A stretch of 57,550 nt of DNA from Candidatus Zixiibacteriota bacterium (GCA_040235515.1 JBECKX010000129.1:1-57550), one strand, 5' to 3'; shown: positions 1 to 9,955, counted from the stretch's first letter. A program made the numbers and translations. The notes: a model not told the origin generated them from the sequence alone.

Positions 1-1
1 G

Positions 2-364
2 GTTGATGTACCGTTGCTGGCTGGTGACTATGTCAGGATCCCCAAGAAGAGTTTTGTCGTAACCGTGCTCGGACGAGTAGTCAACCCGGGGCTGGTGCCT
101 TATCGCGACGAGAAGGGGATAGATTACTATATCCAGGCGGCGGGTGGCTTCGGTTACAAGGCGGACAAGGGCGATATCCGAATCATCAAGGCCAACACGG
201 GCGCTGTGATTGAAGCGGATAATGATGTCAAGATTGCGATGGGGGACAAGATAATGGTACCGCAGGAGAAACCAATCGACCTCTGGGGAGCTATAAAGGA
301 TATTGGATTCTTCCTGGCGAATATCGCGACGGTTTATATCGTCATCGATCAAGTTGTAAACTAG
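2..364 (+). CDS. SLBB-domain polysaccharide export protein (Wza/KpsD-like), C-terminal part, 5'-truncated
   Basis: Frame is open from the window edge. SLBB-like 'VTVLGRVVNPGLVPY...YYIQAAGG...GDKIMVP' followed by a hydrophobic C-terminal helix. Confidence 0.8.
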   Translation, partial: VDVPLLAGDYVRIPKKSFVVTVLGRVVNPGLVPYRDEKGIDYYIQAAGGFGYKADKGDIRIIKANTGAVIEADNDVKIAMGDKIMVPQEKPIDLWGAIKDIGFFLANIATVYIVIDQVVN

Positions 365-414
365 CTTTCCGGGACGCGGGGTAAGACGGATACCCTAACC
401 AAGCAGGTTCGATT

Positions 415-1167
415 ATGTCAAACAGCATCATATCAGCCTCAGCGACTCTAGCTGCGGATGTCAAAGTCGGCAATTTCTGCTCGATCGGCGACGATGTACA
501 GATTGGCGCAGGAAGCATCGTAGGCAATAATTGCGTGATCTACGGTGGCACAAAGATCGGCGCCAACGTGCGGATAGATGATGGTGTGATCATCGGCAAA
601 CAGCCGATGCGCGCCGCGAATTCCGCAGTGACAAAAGAGATGCAGCTGGACCCGACCAAGATCGGCGACAATTGTATCATCGGTACGCATGTGATAATCT
701 ATGCGGGAGCCGTTGTCGGAGAGAAGGTGCTGATCGCCGATCTCTCGACCGTGCGTGAGAATGTCTCGATTGGTGACTTCACCATTATCGGACGGGGCGT
801 CGCCGTGGAGAACTACTGCAAGGTCGGGAAGTATTGCAAGCTTGAGACGAATGTCTACCTGACCGCCTACTCCGAACTGGAGGACAGAGTATTCATGGCG
901 CCCTGCGTCGCGACTTCCAACGACAACTTCGTCGGCAGAACCAAAGAACGATTCAAGCACTTCAAGGGTGTCGTGGTTAAGAAGGGCGGGCGTGTCGGGC
1001 TCAACGCCACCATACTGCCCGGAAAGATTATCGAAGAGGACGCACTGGTCGCAGCCGGCGCGGTCCTGACCAAAAACGCACCGGCACGGAAGATAATGCT
1101 GGGTTCGCCGGCGAAAGAACTCAAGAGCGTGCCGGCCGATCAACTTCTCGAAAACCAGGATTGGTGA
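415..1167 (+). CDS. Hexapeptide-repeat (left-handed beta-helix) sugar N-acetyltransferase, WbpD/WlbB-like
   Basis: Many [LIV]Gxxxx repeats; 'GLNATILPG...VAAGAVLTKN...GSPAK'; sits next to a DegT aminotransferase. Confidence 0.85.
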   Translation: MSNSIISASATLAADVKVGNFCSIGDDVQIGAGSIVGNNCVIYGGTKIGANVRIDDGVIIGKQPMRAANSAVTKEMQLDPTKIGDNCIIGTHVIIYAGAVVGEKVLIADLSTVRENVSIGDFTIIGRGVAVENYCKVGKYCKLETNVYLTAYSELEDRVFMAPCVATSNDNFVGRTKERFKHFKGVVVKKGGRVGLNATILPGKIIEEDALVAAGAVLTKNAPARKIMLGSPAKELKSVPADQLLENQDW

Positions 1168-1171
1168 TCAG

Positions 1172-2275
1172 TTGCAGGTACCCCTCCTTGATCTGAAGCG
1201 CGAGTATGCCGAGCTGAAATCTGAGATCGATCAGGCTGCGCTCGACGTGTTGGCTGAGACTCGATTCATCAATGGTCCACAGGTGGCCGAGCTGGAGAGC
1301 AAGCTCGCCGAGTATTGTGGCGCCAGACATGCGATCGGAGTGGCTTCCGGAACCGATGCCCTCCTGCTGGCTCTGCGAGCCGCGGGCGTGGGGCCGGGAA
1401 CCGAAGTGATAACCACGCCATTTTCCTTCTTTGCTACCGCTGGCACAGTGGCCAATCTGGGCGCTACCCCGGTTTTCGTGGACATCGAACCTGATAGCTT
1501 CAATATCGATGCCGCGCAGATCGAAGCGCGGATAACCGAGCGAACACGCGTGATCATGCCGGTGCATCTCTTCGGACAGGCAGCGGATCTCGACCCGATA
1601 ATGCAGCTGGGGCGCAAGCACGGGATCACCGTGATCGAGGATGCCGCGCAGGCGATCTCAGCCGAGTACAAGCAACGTAAGGTCGGTCCTCTCGCCGATA
1701 TCGGTTGCTTCTCTTTCTATCCGACAAAGAATATGGGCTGCGCCGGAGACGGCGGGCTGATTGTGACCAACTCGGATCAATATGCAGAGACGCTACGTGC
1801 GCTCAAGTCCCATGGTGCGCAGGTGAAGTACTACCATGATGTGGTTGGCTTTAATTCCCGACTTGATACAATTCATGCGGCGATCCTGTTGACGAAGCTG
1901 CCCCATCTTGATCGCTGGTCCGCGGCGCGTCGCAAGAATGCCGAGTACTACAATGAGCGGTTTGCCGGTGCGAGCCTGACTCGACCCACGCAAATGCAGT
2001 ACGCCTACCATATCTTCAACCAGTATTCGATTCTCGTGGAGAAGCGGGACGAACTGCAGACCCATCTCAAGAATAACAATATCGGCACGGAGATTTACTA
2101 TCCGCTCCCGCTCCACCTGCAGGTCTGTTTCAAGGAGCTCGGCTACAAGGAGGGTGATCTGCCGGTGGCGGAGAAGAGTGCTAAGCAGATACTGTCTCTG
2201 CCGATCTATCCTCAGCTCAGCGAGGCTGAGCGCGAATATGTCGCGGACACTGTGTTGGAGTTCAGCAATAACTGA
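1172..2275 (+). CDS. DegT/DnrJ/EryC1/StrS PLP-dependent sugar aminotransferase (WbpE-like)
   Basis: 'SGTDAL', 'IEDAAQA', 'SFYPTKNMGCAGDGG' (PLP lysine), 'NSRLD'. TTG start. Confidence 0.92.
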   Translation: MQVPLLDLKREYAELKSEIDQAALDVLAETRFINGPQVAELESKLAEYCGARHAIGVASGTDALLLALRAAGVGPGTEVITTPFSFFATAGTVANLGATPVFVDIEPDSFNIDAAQIEARITERTRVIMPVHLFGQAADLDPIMQLGRKHGITVIEDAAQAISAEYKQRKVGPLADIGCFSFYPTKNMGCAGDGGLIVTNSDQYAETLRALKSHGAQVKYYHDVVGFNSRLDTIHAAILLTKLPHLDRWSAARRKNAEYYNERFAGASLTRPTQMQYAYHIFNQYSILVEKRDELQTHLKNNNIGTEIYYPLPLHLQVCFKELGYKEGDLPVAEKSAKQILSLPIYPQLSEAEREYVADTVLEFSNN

Positions 2276-3354
2276 TGCCAGTCGTTTCAATCGTCGGCGC
2301 TCGCCCGCAATACATCAAACTTGCCCCGCTTCACTCCGAGCTCAAGAAACTTAAGGTCAGACACAGCGTAATCAACACCGGCCAGCATTACGACCATTCG
2401 CTCGCCGGGCAGTTCTTCGCCGACTTACAACTGCCGAAGCCTGCGGTGAACCTGGAAGTGGGATCGGCGGAAGCCGGCGTTATGACCGCAAAGATTCTTG
2501 CCGGCTGCACGCAGGCGCTCAGCAGTCTGAAACCGAAGCTGGTTGTTGTCTATGGCGACACGAATAGCACGCTGGGAGGGGCACTCGCCGCGGCACAACT
2601 TCGCATCCCGATGGTACATGTCGAAGCAGGACTTCGTTGTCATGATATGAGCGTGCCGGAAGAGCTGAATAGAGTCCTTACTGACACGCTGTCCGACTAC
2701 CTGATGGCGCCGACCGATCAGTCAGTCGAAAATCTGCGCCGCGAGGGGGCCAGGGGTAGAATCTGGAAGACGGGCGATCTGCTCTACGATGTCCTCAAAG
2801 CCTCGCTCCCAACAAGAAAGCGCCAGCTTGAGATCATCAGAGAGTTCGGATTTGAGCCGGAAAAGTATCTACTGATTACGATTCACCGCGCGGATAGCGT
2901 CGATAACAGGGAGTCCCTGACTCGTCTTGTCTCAATGCTGGAGAAAATCAAGGAACCGGCGATATTTCCGCTCCATCCGCGGACCGAGAAAAGACTGCGC
3001 CAGTTCAGATTGAGCGGCAGACTTCGCAAAATCAAGAATCTCCTCCTCAGCGAACCTCTCGGTTACCGCCAGATTCTATCGCTGACAGCCAATGCCAGGC
3101 TGGTGGCGACAGATTCGGGTGGCCTGCAGCGCGAGGCATACTTCCTGCGGAAGCCCTGCCTGCTACTACGCGGCGTCACCGAATGGCTTGAGATCGTTCG
3201 CAGCCGTGGAAGCGCCATCGTCGGATTCGACGAGCGACGGTTTACCAACGGATTGTATCAGCGCACGTTCAATTTCAGTAATCGTTCAATTTGCCGCACG
3301 GGAGCTGCGCGGCGGATAGCGGAGAAAATCGCCGGTATATACACCAGCTTGTAA
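2275..3354 (+). CDS. wecB: UDP-N-acetylglucosamine 2-epimerase, non-hydrolysing (WecB/WbpI-like)
   Basis: 'GARPQYIK', 'TGQHYD', 'GDTNSTL', 'HVEAGLR', 'TDSGGLQREA'. TGATG overlap with the upstream gene. Confidence 0.9.
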   Translation: MPVVSIVGARPQYIKLAPLHSELKKLKVRHSVINTGQHYDHSLAGQFFADLQLPKPAVNLEVGSAEAGVMTAKILAGCTQALSSLKPKLVVVYGDTNSTLGGALAAAQLRIPMVHVEAGLRCHDMSVPEELNRVLTDTLSDYLMAPTDQSVENLRREGARGRIWKTGDLLYDVLKASLPTRKRQLEIIREFGFEPEKYLLITIHRADSVDNRESLTRLVSMLEKIKEPAIFPLHPRTEKRLRQFRLSGRLRKIKNLLLSEPLGYRQILSLTANARLVATDSGGLQREAYFLRKPCLLLRGVTEWLEIVRSRGSAIVGFDERRFTNGLYQRTFNFSNRSICRTGAARRIAEKIAGIYTSL

Positions 3355-3387
3355 CGCAAGTCGCTGTGCGGCTTGACAAAAATCGGT

Positions 3388-3416
3388 TTGACTCTCTCCC
3401 TTCAAGGCAGTACAAT
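3388..3416 (+). promoter_or_regulatory. Sigma70-like promoter TTGACT-N17-TACAAT, probably giving a leaderless or near-leaderless transcript
   Basis: TTGACT 3388-3393, TACAAT 3411-3416, ATG at 3426, no Shine-Dalgarno. Confidence 0.55.
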
Positions 3417-3425
3417 AATCTAGAT

Positions 3426-5732
3426 ATGCCCGCTTCCCAATCTCAACGATACAATCGCTGGAAAAAGGAAATCTTACTGAACCTGGCGGACATCGTCATG
3501 ATTCAGGTCTCCTTCCTGCTCGCGATTTTTCTGTTCCATAACCTGAAATCGGTTCGCAACGAGTTGACCGAGACCCTCGCATACTTTCTTGGCTGGCCCA
3601 ATCTGGCGATCACTGGCTATTGGCTGGTATTGATAAACCTCTCCCGTTTTCTGAAGGGCTTGTTTCCACAAAGCCTGTATGGCGAGATACTACGGCTCTT
3701 CAACGTCGTTTCTCTCGGAGTGGTCCTGATCATTTTTGCGGTCGTTGATTTCAGCGATCCCACTTCATTTTTCTCAACTTCGAAGTTTATCGTCTTTACC
3801 TACTGGGTGTCACTGGTATTAACACTCAGCATCAATCGGATGGTCGTATACCGGGCCAGGGAGAGTGTTGATGCTGAAAAGACAGACGAAATCATCACTC
3901 CGCTATTGGTGCCACGGCGCCTGCTGATCGTACTGCTCGACATGGTCATCGTGGCGGCGTCCTATTATGCCTCCTTCCTGATCCGGTTCGAGGGTGCGAT
4001 TCCAGCAGCGGACCTGAAGAGCCTGGAAGCGAGTCTGCCGGTCGTGATTATCCTGCGGTTCAGCATGCTGCTTTATTTCCGGCTCTACTCCGGCTACTAC
4101 AGGTATGCTTCGATCAGCGATCTGACCCAGATCCTCAAGGCGGTTACGGCGGGGAGCGTTCTGATCGGTATCCCGACTTACTTCCTCGGCTTCGGAAACA
4201 TCCCGCGCGGCGTGTTTGTCATCGACTGGCTGCTGCTGGTTGTCCTGCTCGGCGGCACTCGATTCCTGCTGCGGGCGGTTCGGGAGATGATGCCCGGCAT
4301 TCTTCGCGAGGGTAAGCGTACCCTGGTTATCGGAGCAGGATCAGCCGGTGAAATGATGCTGCGTGAGCTGAAAAAATCTCCGATGGGATACCTGCCGGTG
4401 GGCCTGATCGATGATGACCCCGCCAAGCTGGGGATGCGACTGCATGGAATAACGGTTCTCGGCAACTCGCAGGACATGGAGAAACTGGCCGCCAAGCATA
4501 ACATAACGGATGCTATCATCGCGATTCCATCGGCTACGGGCCAGCAGATGCGGGAGTTGATCGATTCGTGCCGCCGCGCGCGCCTCGATTTCAAGAGTCT
4601 TCCGCCGCTGCGGGAAATCATCCACGGACAGGTCAATCTCAGTCAGGTAAGAAACATCAAGGTCGAGGATCTGCTCGGACGAACCCCGGTTCGACTGGAC
4701 AACACAGCGATGGCTGCTTTCCTGCACGACAAACGGGTGCTGGTTACCGGCGGCGGCGGCTCCATCGGAGCGGAAATCTGCCGACAGGTTATGCAATACT
4801 CGCCGGCTGAACTGGTGATCGTGGAAAGAGCTGAAAACCGGCTCTACGAAATCATGCTGGAGATTGAGGGCAAAGGCTATCCGGCGCCGTTGGTGCCGCA
4901 TGTCGCCGACATCAATGACGTCGGACGGATGGACCAGATATTTTCGGAGAAACGACCTCAGGTCGTGTTCCATGCGGCTGCCTATAAACAGGTTCCCCTG
5001 ATGGAGTTGTTCCCGGAAGAGGCGGTTCGCAATAACGTGTTCGGAACCAGGATTCTCAGTGAGCTGGCTGACCGGCATCAGACGGAAGCATTCGTGATGA
5101 TCTCCACCGATAAAGCGGTGCGGCCCTCCTCGGTGATGGGCGCTTCGAAACGGGTCGCCGAGATTCTGGTACAATGCTTCGCGCGCAGATCGAAAACATC
5201 ATTCATGACGGTGCGCTTCGGGAACGTGCTTGGCTCGGATGGTTCGGTTGTCCCTGTCTTCCAGAGACAGATCGAGTCTGGCGGTCCGGTTACGGTGACC
5301 CACCCCGACATGACCCGTTACTTTATGACAATCCAGGAAGCATCCCGACTCGTGATGCAGGCCGCTGCGCAGGGACGTTCGGGAGATATCATGGTACTGA
5401 ACATGGGTGAGCCGGTGAAGATCGTTGACCTCGCGAAGGCGATGATCACTCTGGCGGGTGCAGTGCCGGAGGAGGGAATCAAGATCACCTATACCGGATT
5501 GCGTCCCGGCGAGAAGCTGACCGAGGAGCTATTTGACGAAGAGGGGTTGACCGAGTCGCAACATGAGAATATACTTGTGGCTCGCGCAACCGAGTTCGAT
5601 TGGGAAACGATCAACCGGGAATTGAAACGGCTGCAGGAATTTGTGGCAAGTCGGGATCGCGAAGCGATTTTGGAGAAGCTGCGCGAGATCCTTCCGACAT
5701 TTCGATCTGAGGCAACAACCGTTCGGCACTAG
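3426..5732 (+). CDS. Membrane-bound nucleotide-sugar 4,6-dehydratase, CapD/PglF/WbpM family, with an extra N-terminal membrane module
   Basis: 'IGAGSAG' CoA-binding-like domain, 'EDLLGR', 'VTGGGGSIG', 'HAAAYKQVP', 'ISTDKAV', 'VRFGNVLGS', 'LRPGEKL'. Start moved from 3291 to ATG 3426 to avoid the overlap with wecB. Confidence 0.9.
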   Translation: MPASQSQRYNRWKKEILLNLADIVMIQVSFLLAIFLFHNLKSVRNELTETLAYFLGWPNLAITGYWLVLINLSRFLKGLFPQSLYGEILRLFNVVSLGVVLIIFAVVDFSDPTSFFSTSKFIVFTYWVSLVLTLSINRMVVYRARESVDAEKTDEIITPLLVPRRLLIVLLDMVIVAASYYASFLIRFEGAIPAADLKSLEASLPVVIILRFSMLLYFRLYSGYYRYASISDLTQILKAVTAGSVLIGIPTYFLGFGNIPRGVFVIDWLLLVVLLGGTRFLLRAVREMMPGILREGKRTLVIGAGSAGEMMLRELKKSPMGYLPVGLIDDDPAKLGMRLHGITVLGNSQDMEKLAAKHNITDAIIAIPSATGQQMRELIDSCRRARLDFKSLPPLREIIHGQVNLSQVRNIKVEDLLGRTPVRLDNTAMAAFLHDKRVLVTGGGGSIGAEICRQVMQYSPAELVIVERAENRLYEIMLEIEGKGYPAPLVPHVADINDVGRMDQIFSEKRPQVVFHAAAYKQVPLMELFPEEAVRNNVFGTRILSELADRHQTEAFVMISTDKAVRPSSVMGASKRVAEILVQCFARRSKTSFMTVRFGNVLGSDGSVVPVFQRQIESGGPVTVTHPDMTRYFMTIQEASRLVMQAAAQGRSGDIMVLNMGEPVKIVDLAKAMITLAGAVPEEGIKITYTGLRPGEKLTEELFDEEGLTESQHENILVARATEFDWETINRELKRLQEFVASRDREAILEKLREILPTFRSEATTVRH

Positions 5733-5774
5733 CCGGACAGATGTGTATACGCACAATTGAGGTAAACAAGAACT

Positions 5775-7049
5775 ATGCTCGATCTGAAGTTCATCCGAGA
5801 GAACAGTGATAAAGTCATCGCCGCCCTGGCGAAGAAGAAGACCGATGTCGATATCAATGGCCTCCTCGATCTCGACAAGGCGAGGCGCGATGTTATCCAG
5901 CGATTGGAAACCCTGCGCAAGCAGCGCAACGATGTCACCGCCGAGATCGCGAAGTTAAAGAAGGCCAAAGAGGATGCCTCAGACAAGATTGCCGGCATGC
6001 AGGAGGTCAACAAAGAGATCGGCGCTCTCGAACAGCAACTGCGCGATGCCGAAGCCAGGATCGACGAGATAATGTACCGCATTCCCAACCTGCCGCACGA
6101 TTCCGTACCGGTCGGTGGGGAAGAGGATGCCGTCGAAGTTCGCAGCTGGGGCACCAAACCGGAGTTCAGTTTCGAGCCGCGCCCTCACTGGGAGCTGGGC
6201 GAAGCGCTCGGTATGATCGATCTCGAACGAGGCGCCAAGATTTCCGGGTCGGGATTCATTCTCTATACCGGCGCCGGCGCGCGCCTTGAGCGTGCTCTGA
6301 TCAATCTGATGATCGATATTCATACTCAGCAGCATGATTACGTTGAGGTGTCACCTCCCTTCATGGTGAACACCGCGACCATGACGGGGACCGGTCAACT
6401 GCCCAAGATGGCTGAGGATATGTATCAGTTGTCAGATGAGACTATGTGGCTGGTGCCTACCGCTGAAGTGCCGGTAACGAATATCTATGCAAATGAGATC
6501 CTACCGCCCGATGCTCTCCCGAAATTCTTTGTAGCGTACACCCCATGCTTCCGCCGCGAAGCGGGCGCCGCCGGGAAGGACACTCGTGGCTTGATCAGGG
6601 TTCACCAGTTCGACAAGGTTGAGATGGTCAGGATCGTGAAGCCTGAGACATCCTATGACGAACTGGAGATCATCACGTCGCACGCAGAGAAGATCCTGCA
6701 GACACTCGGGCTCCATTATCGCGTATGCCAGCTGGCATCAGGTGATCTCTCCTTTGCCGCAGCGAAGTGCTACGACCTGGAAGTGTGGGCTCCGGGTGTT
6801 GGGAAGTATCTTGAGGTTTCCTCCTGCTCCAACTTCGAAGATTTTCAGGCTCGCCGAATGAATATGCGCTACCGTGCCGCCGAGGGTGAGAAACCGGAGT
6901 TTCCGCACACCCTGAACGGCTCGGGCCTGGCGTTGCCGCGTACGGTTATTGCCATCATGGAGTCGTACCAGACCGCGGATGGCAAGATCAAAGTGCCTGA
7001 GGCACTGCAGCCCTATCTGGGTGGGCAAAAGGTGATCGAAAGATCATAA
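5775..7049 (+). CDS. serS: Seryl-tRNA synthetase
   Basis: 'MLDLKFIREN' coiled-coil arm, 'GTGQLPK', 'PTAEVP', 'FRREAG..G.DTRGLIRVHQFDKVE', 'EVSSCSN', 'TLNGSGLA'. Confidence 0.98.
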   Translation: MLDLKFIRENSDKVIAALAKKKTDVDINGLLDLDKARRDVIQRLETLRKQRNDVTAEIAKLKKAKEDASDKIAGMQEVNKEIGALEQQLRDAEARIDEIMYRIPNLPHDSVPVGGEEDAVEVRSWGTKPEFSFEPRPHWELGEALGMIDLERGAKISGSGFILYTGAGARLERALINLMIDIHTQQHDYVEVSPPFMVNTATMTGTGQLPKMAEDMYQLSDETMWLVPTAEVPVTNIYANEILPPDALPKFFVAYTPCFRREAGAAGKDTRGLIRVHQFDKVEMVRIVKPETSYDELEIITSHAEKILQTLGLHYRVCQLASGDLSFAAAKCYDLEVWAPGVGKYLEVSSCSNFEDFQARRMNMRYRAAEGEKPEFPHTLNGSGLALPRTVIAIMESYQTADGKIKVPEALQPYLGGQKVIERS

Positions 7050-7070
7050 CAAGGATCGATTGTCAGGTTC

Positions 7071-8366
7071 ATGCCCTTAAACAGCCGACCAATCTCAAAA
7101 CTACGTTCGCAGTCAGGTCTCGCGGCGCTGCCCGGTCTGTTCAAAGCGTTCATCTTTTTCGGGACCATTGCCATCACGGCGCTGTTCGTGATCTACACGC
7201 AGTTCCTGATTACCCGGCTGCAGGACTACATCAAGCGTGACGTGCGGATGTGGGCGAAGCTGTGGGAACTGGCCGGCGCCGAGGATTCCTCACCGCGCGT
7301 CAACGCCGTGATATTCGAAGAGATCATTCAGAAGGCCTACTTTCCGATCATCGTAACCGATCATCGACACACACCCGTGCTATGGGCCAGAATACCGGGC
7401 GTGGCGGATAACGATACCACAGAGGCGGGTTTCAAGCAAATCCTCGAGAAATCCAGCCAGATGGTCGCAGCCAATGGCGAAACTCCCGTGGAGTGGAACG
7501 GACAGGTGATCCAATATATCCTGTATGACTACCCGCCGCTGGTCCAGCAACTGCAATTGATGCCGTTCATTGAGATCGGAGTGGTGGGGGTGTTCCTGAT
7601 TGTCGGATTCGTCGGGTTCCGCAATATCCAGCGGGCCGAGCAACGCAATATCTGGGTGGGAATGGCGAAGGAAACCGCGCATCAGCTCGGTACGCCATTA
7701 TCCTCCATGATGGGATGGCTGGAGGTGATTGAATCGCAGCTGGAAGCGGGGCAGATAAAGGACGAGTCCCCCGGTCCGAATGGAATTCGTGGCGTGCTCA
7801 GCAAGATGCAGAACGATGTCAAACGTCTCGACAGGGTGGCCAACCGGTTCGGGCAGATCGGTTCGATACCGGAAACGACCTACATGGACCTCAATCCGCT
7901 CATCCAGGAGGTGGTGACCTACTACTGCCAGCGATTGCCGCACGGCGGGAAAGGAATTCGGATCGAATTCGAAGCGGGCGAGAACATAGCCGCCAAAGTG
8001 AATCCGGAGCTGTTTACGTGGGTGATCGAGAACCTGATCAAGAATGCGTTGCAGGCCACTGATAAGAAAACTGGCGCGATAAATATTCGGTCGAGTCGGG
8101 ATAAGGATGGTAAAACGTTATGCATCACGGTCACCGACAACGGCAGTGGTGTACCGGCAAAATTGCAGAAGAAGATATTCCAGACCGGATATTCGACAAA
8201 AAAACGCGGGTGGGGACTGGGACTGACCCTTGCCCGCAGGATCATTCAAGACTACCACAATGGGAGGATCTTTCTGAAAGAATCGGTACCGAATGAAAAA
8301 ACTACTTTTCAGATCACTCTGCGCTATGCAGCGGGACCTGATTCTGACGAGAAAGGAAATGGCTGA
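7071..8366 (+). CDS. Membrane sensor histidine kinase, PorY-like
   Basis: Two TM segments, H-box 'WVGMAKETAHQLGTPLSS', N-box 'ENLIKNA', G1 'DNGSG', G2 'GWGLGL'. TGATG coupling to the PorX-like gene. Confidence 0.85.
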   Translation: MPLNSRPISKLRSQSGLAALPGLFKAFIFFGTIAITALFVIYTQFLITRLQDYIKRDVRMWAKLWELAGAEDSSPRVNAVIFEEIIQKAYFPIIVTDHRHTPVLWARIPGVADNDTTEAGFKQILEKSSQMVAANGETPVEWNGQVIQYILYDYPPLVQQLQLMPFIEIGVVGVFLIVGFVGFRNIQRAEQRNIWVGMAKETAHQLGTPLSSMMGWLEVIESQLEAGQIKDESPGPNGIRGVLSKMQNDVKRLDRVANRFGQIGSIPETTYMDLNPLIQEVVTYYCQRLPHGGKGIRIEFEAGENIAAKVNPELFTWVIENLIKNALQATDKKTGAINIRSSRDKDGKTLCITVTDNGSGVPAKLQKKIFQTGYSTKKRGWGLGLTLARRIIQDYHNGRIFLKESVPNEKTTFQITLRYAAGPDSDEKGNG

Positions 8367-9928
8367 TGGTAGCCGACACCAAGCGAGTTCTCTGGGTCGA
8401 TGATGAAATCGATCTGCTGGAATCACATCGCATCGTCCTTGAAGGCAAGGGGTTCAAGATCACTCCGGTGGCGTCCGGCGAGGATGCGCTGGTAGAAGTA
8501 GAGAAGGGAACCTTTGACCTGATCCTGCTCGATGAAATGATGCCCGGTATGGATGGGCTGACCACGCTGGAAGAGATCAAACGGATCAAACCCCATATCC
8601 CGGTTGTGATGGTCACGAAATCGGAAGAAGAACAACTGATGAACCAGGCAATCGGAAAGAATATCGCCGACTACCTGGTCAAACCGGTGAACCCCTCACA
8701 GGTAGTCGCGGTCGCCAAGAAGATCCTCGAGTCAAAGCGGCTGCAGGGCGACTCGGTGCGCACCGACTACGTTCAGAGATTCAATCAGCTCAGAACCAAA
8801 CTTTACGGTCCGATGGAGCCGGAGGACTGGGTAGAGATCCATCGGCTGCTCTCGCAGTGGGATATCGATATCGACAAGATCGATGATGACGGTCTCAAGG
8901 AGAGCCACAAGTCGCAGAAGAAAGAGTTTAACGTCGAATTCTATCGCTACATACTGCGTGAGTATACCGGTTGGATCAAAAACGGCAACGGCCCGACGCT
9001 CTCACCGGAGGTCGTCAAAAAGTACGTCGCGCCGCTGGTAAACGACGACAAACCGACATTCTTCATCGTGATCGACTGCATGCGGCTTGACCAGTGGATG
9101 GTGCTCGAGCCGATTATCGCGGAGTACTTCGAGATCCAGACCGACTACTATTTCTCGATTCTGCCGACCGCAACTCCATTCTCGCGCAACGCGATCTTCT
9201 CAGGGATGTATCCGGATAATCTCGCCAAGCACAAGCCGGAGATCTGGGAGGGTGGAACAGCAGATGAGCGGAGCCTGAACAGGTTCGAGGGTGAGTTGCT
9301 GGCAGAACAATACAAGCGACTTCGTCTCAAAGCACAGGGGGAGCCGAAATACTTCAAGATCAGTGATCTGCGTGAGGATGAAGGCTTTGTGAAGAAGCTC
9401 TCCAGTCATCAGAACACACCGCTTTTCGCCATCGTGTTCAACTTTCTCGATATTCTCGTGCATGGACGTTCGCAGTCACGCGCTCTGCAGCAGATCGCTC
9501 CCGATGAGGCGGCATTCCGTTCGCTGCTGCTCTCATGGTTCAACCACTCGACGCTGATCGATATCGTGAAATATGTCTCTCAGATCGGTGCACGTTGCGT
9601 GATTACAACCGATCATGGTTCGATCCTCGGAACGCGAGGAACAATCGCATACGGCAAGCGCGACACTTCGACCAACCTGCGTTACAAGTATGGCGATAAT
9701 CTCAACTGCGACCCGAAGGAATCGCTGCTGATCAAGAATCCCGGCGAGTACCGACTCCCGGCCTTCAATCTGGCGACCACATACCTGATCGCGACCGAGG
9801 ATTACTATTTCGTCTACCCGACCAACTACAACGAGTACAATCGTCAATTCCAGAATAGCTTCCAGCATGGAGGAATCACACTGGAAGAGATGATTGTCCC
9901 GGTGGCGACACTCAGCCCGAAGGGCTAG
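8366..9928 (+). CDS. porX: PorX-like response regulator: receiver domain plus PglZ alkaline-phosphatase-superfamily domain
   Basis: REC 'WVDDE..LLDEMMPGMDG..TKSEE..YLVKP'; PglZ 'VIDCMRLDQW', 'ILPTATPFSRNAIF', 'DILVH', 'TTDHG', 'FQHGGITLEEMIVP'. Confidence 0.88.
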   Translation: MVADTKRVLWVDDEIDLLESHRIVLEGKGFKITPVASGEDALVEVEKGTFDLILLDEMMPGMDGLTTLEEIKRIKPHIPVVMVTKSEEEQLMNQAIGKNIADYLVKPVNPSQVVAVAKKILESKRLQGDSVRTDYVQRFNQLRTKLYGPMEPEDWVEIHRLLSQWDIDIDKIDDDGLKESHKSQKKEFNVEFYRYILREYTGWIKNGNGPTLSPEVVKKYVAPLVNDDKPTFFIVIDCMRLDQWMVLEPIIAEYFEIQTDYYFSILPTATPFSRNAIFSGMYPDNLAKHKPEIWEGGTADERSLNRFEGELLAEQYKRLRLKAQGEPKYFKISDLREDEGFVKKLSSHQNTPLFAIVFNFLDILVHGRSQSRALQQIAPDEAAFRSLLLSWFNHSTLIDIVKYVSQIGARCVITTDHGSILGTRGTIAYGKRDTSTNLRYKYGDNLNCDPKESLLIKNPGEYRLPAFNLATTYLIATEDYYFVYPTNYNEYNRQFQNSFQHGGITLEEMIVPVATLSPKG

Positions 9929-9955
9929 GCCCAGTTCGGCGGCGTTCGACTCTAC

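Noticed and set aside
8366-9928. PglZ domain as a sign of a BREX/Pgl defence system
   Set aside because: It is fused to a receiver domain (PorX architecture), and no brxC, pglX or brxL genes are nearby.
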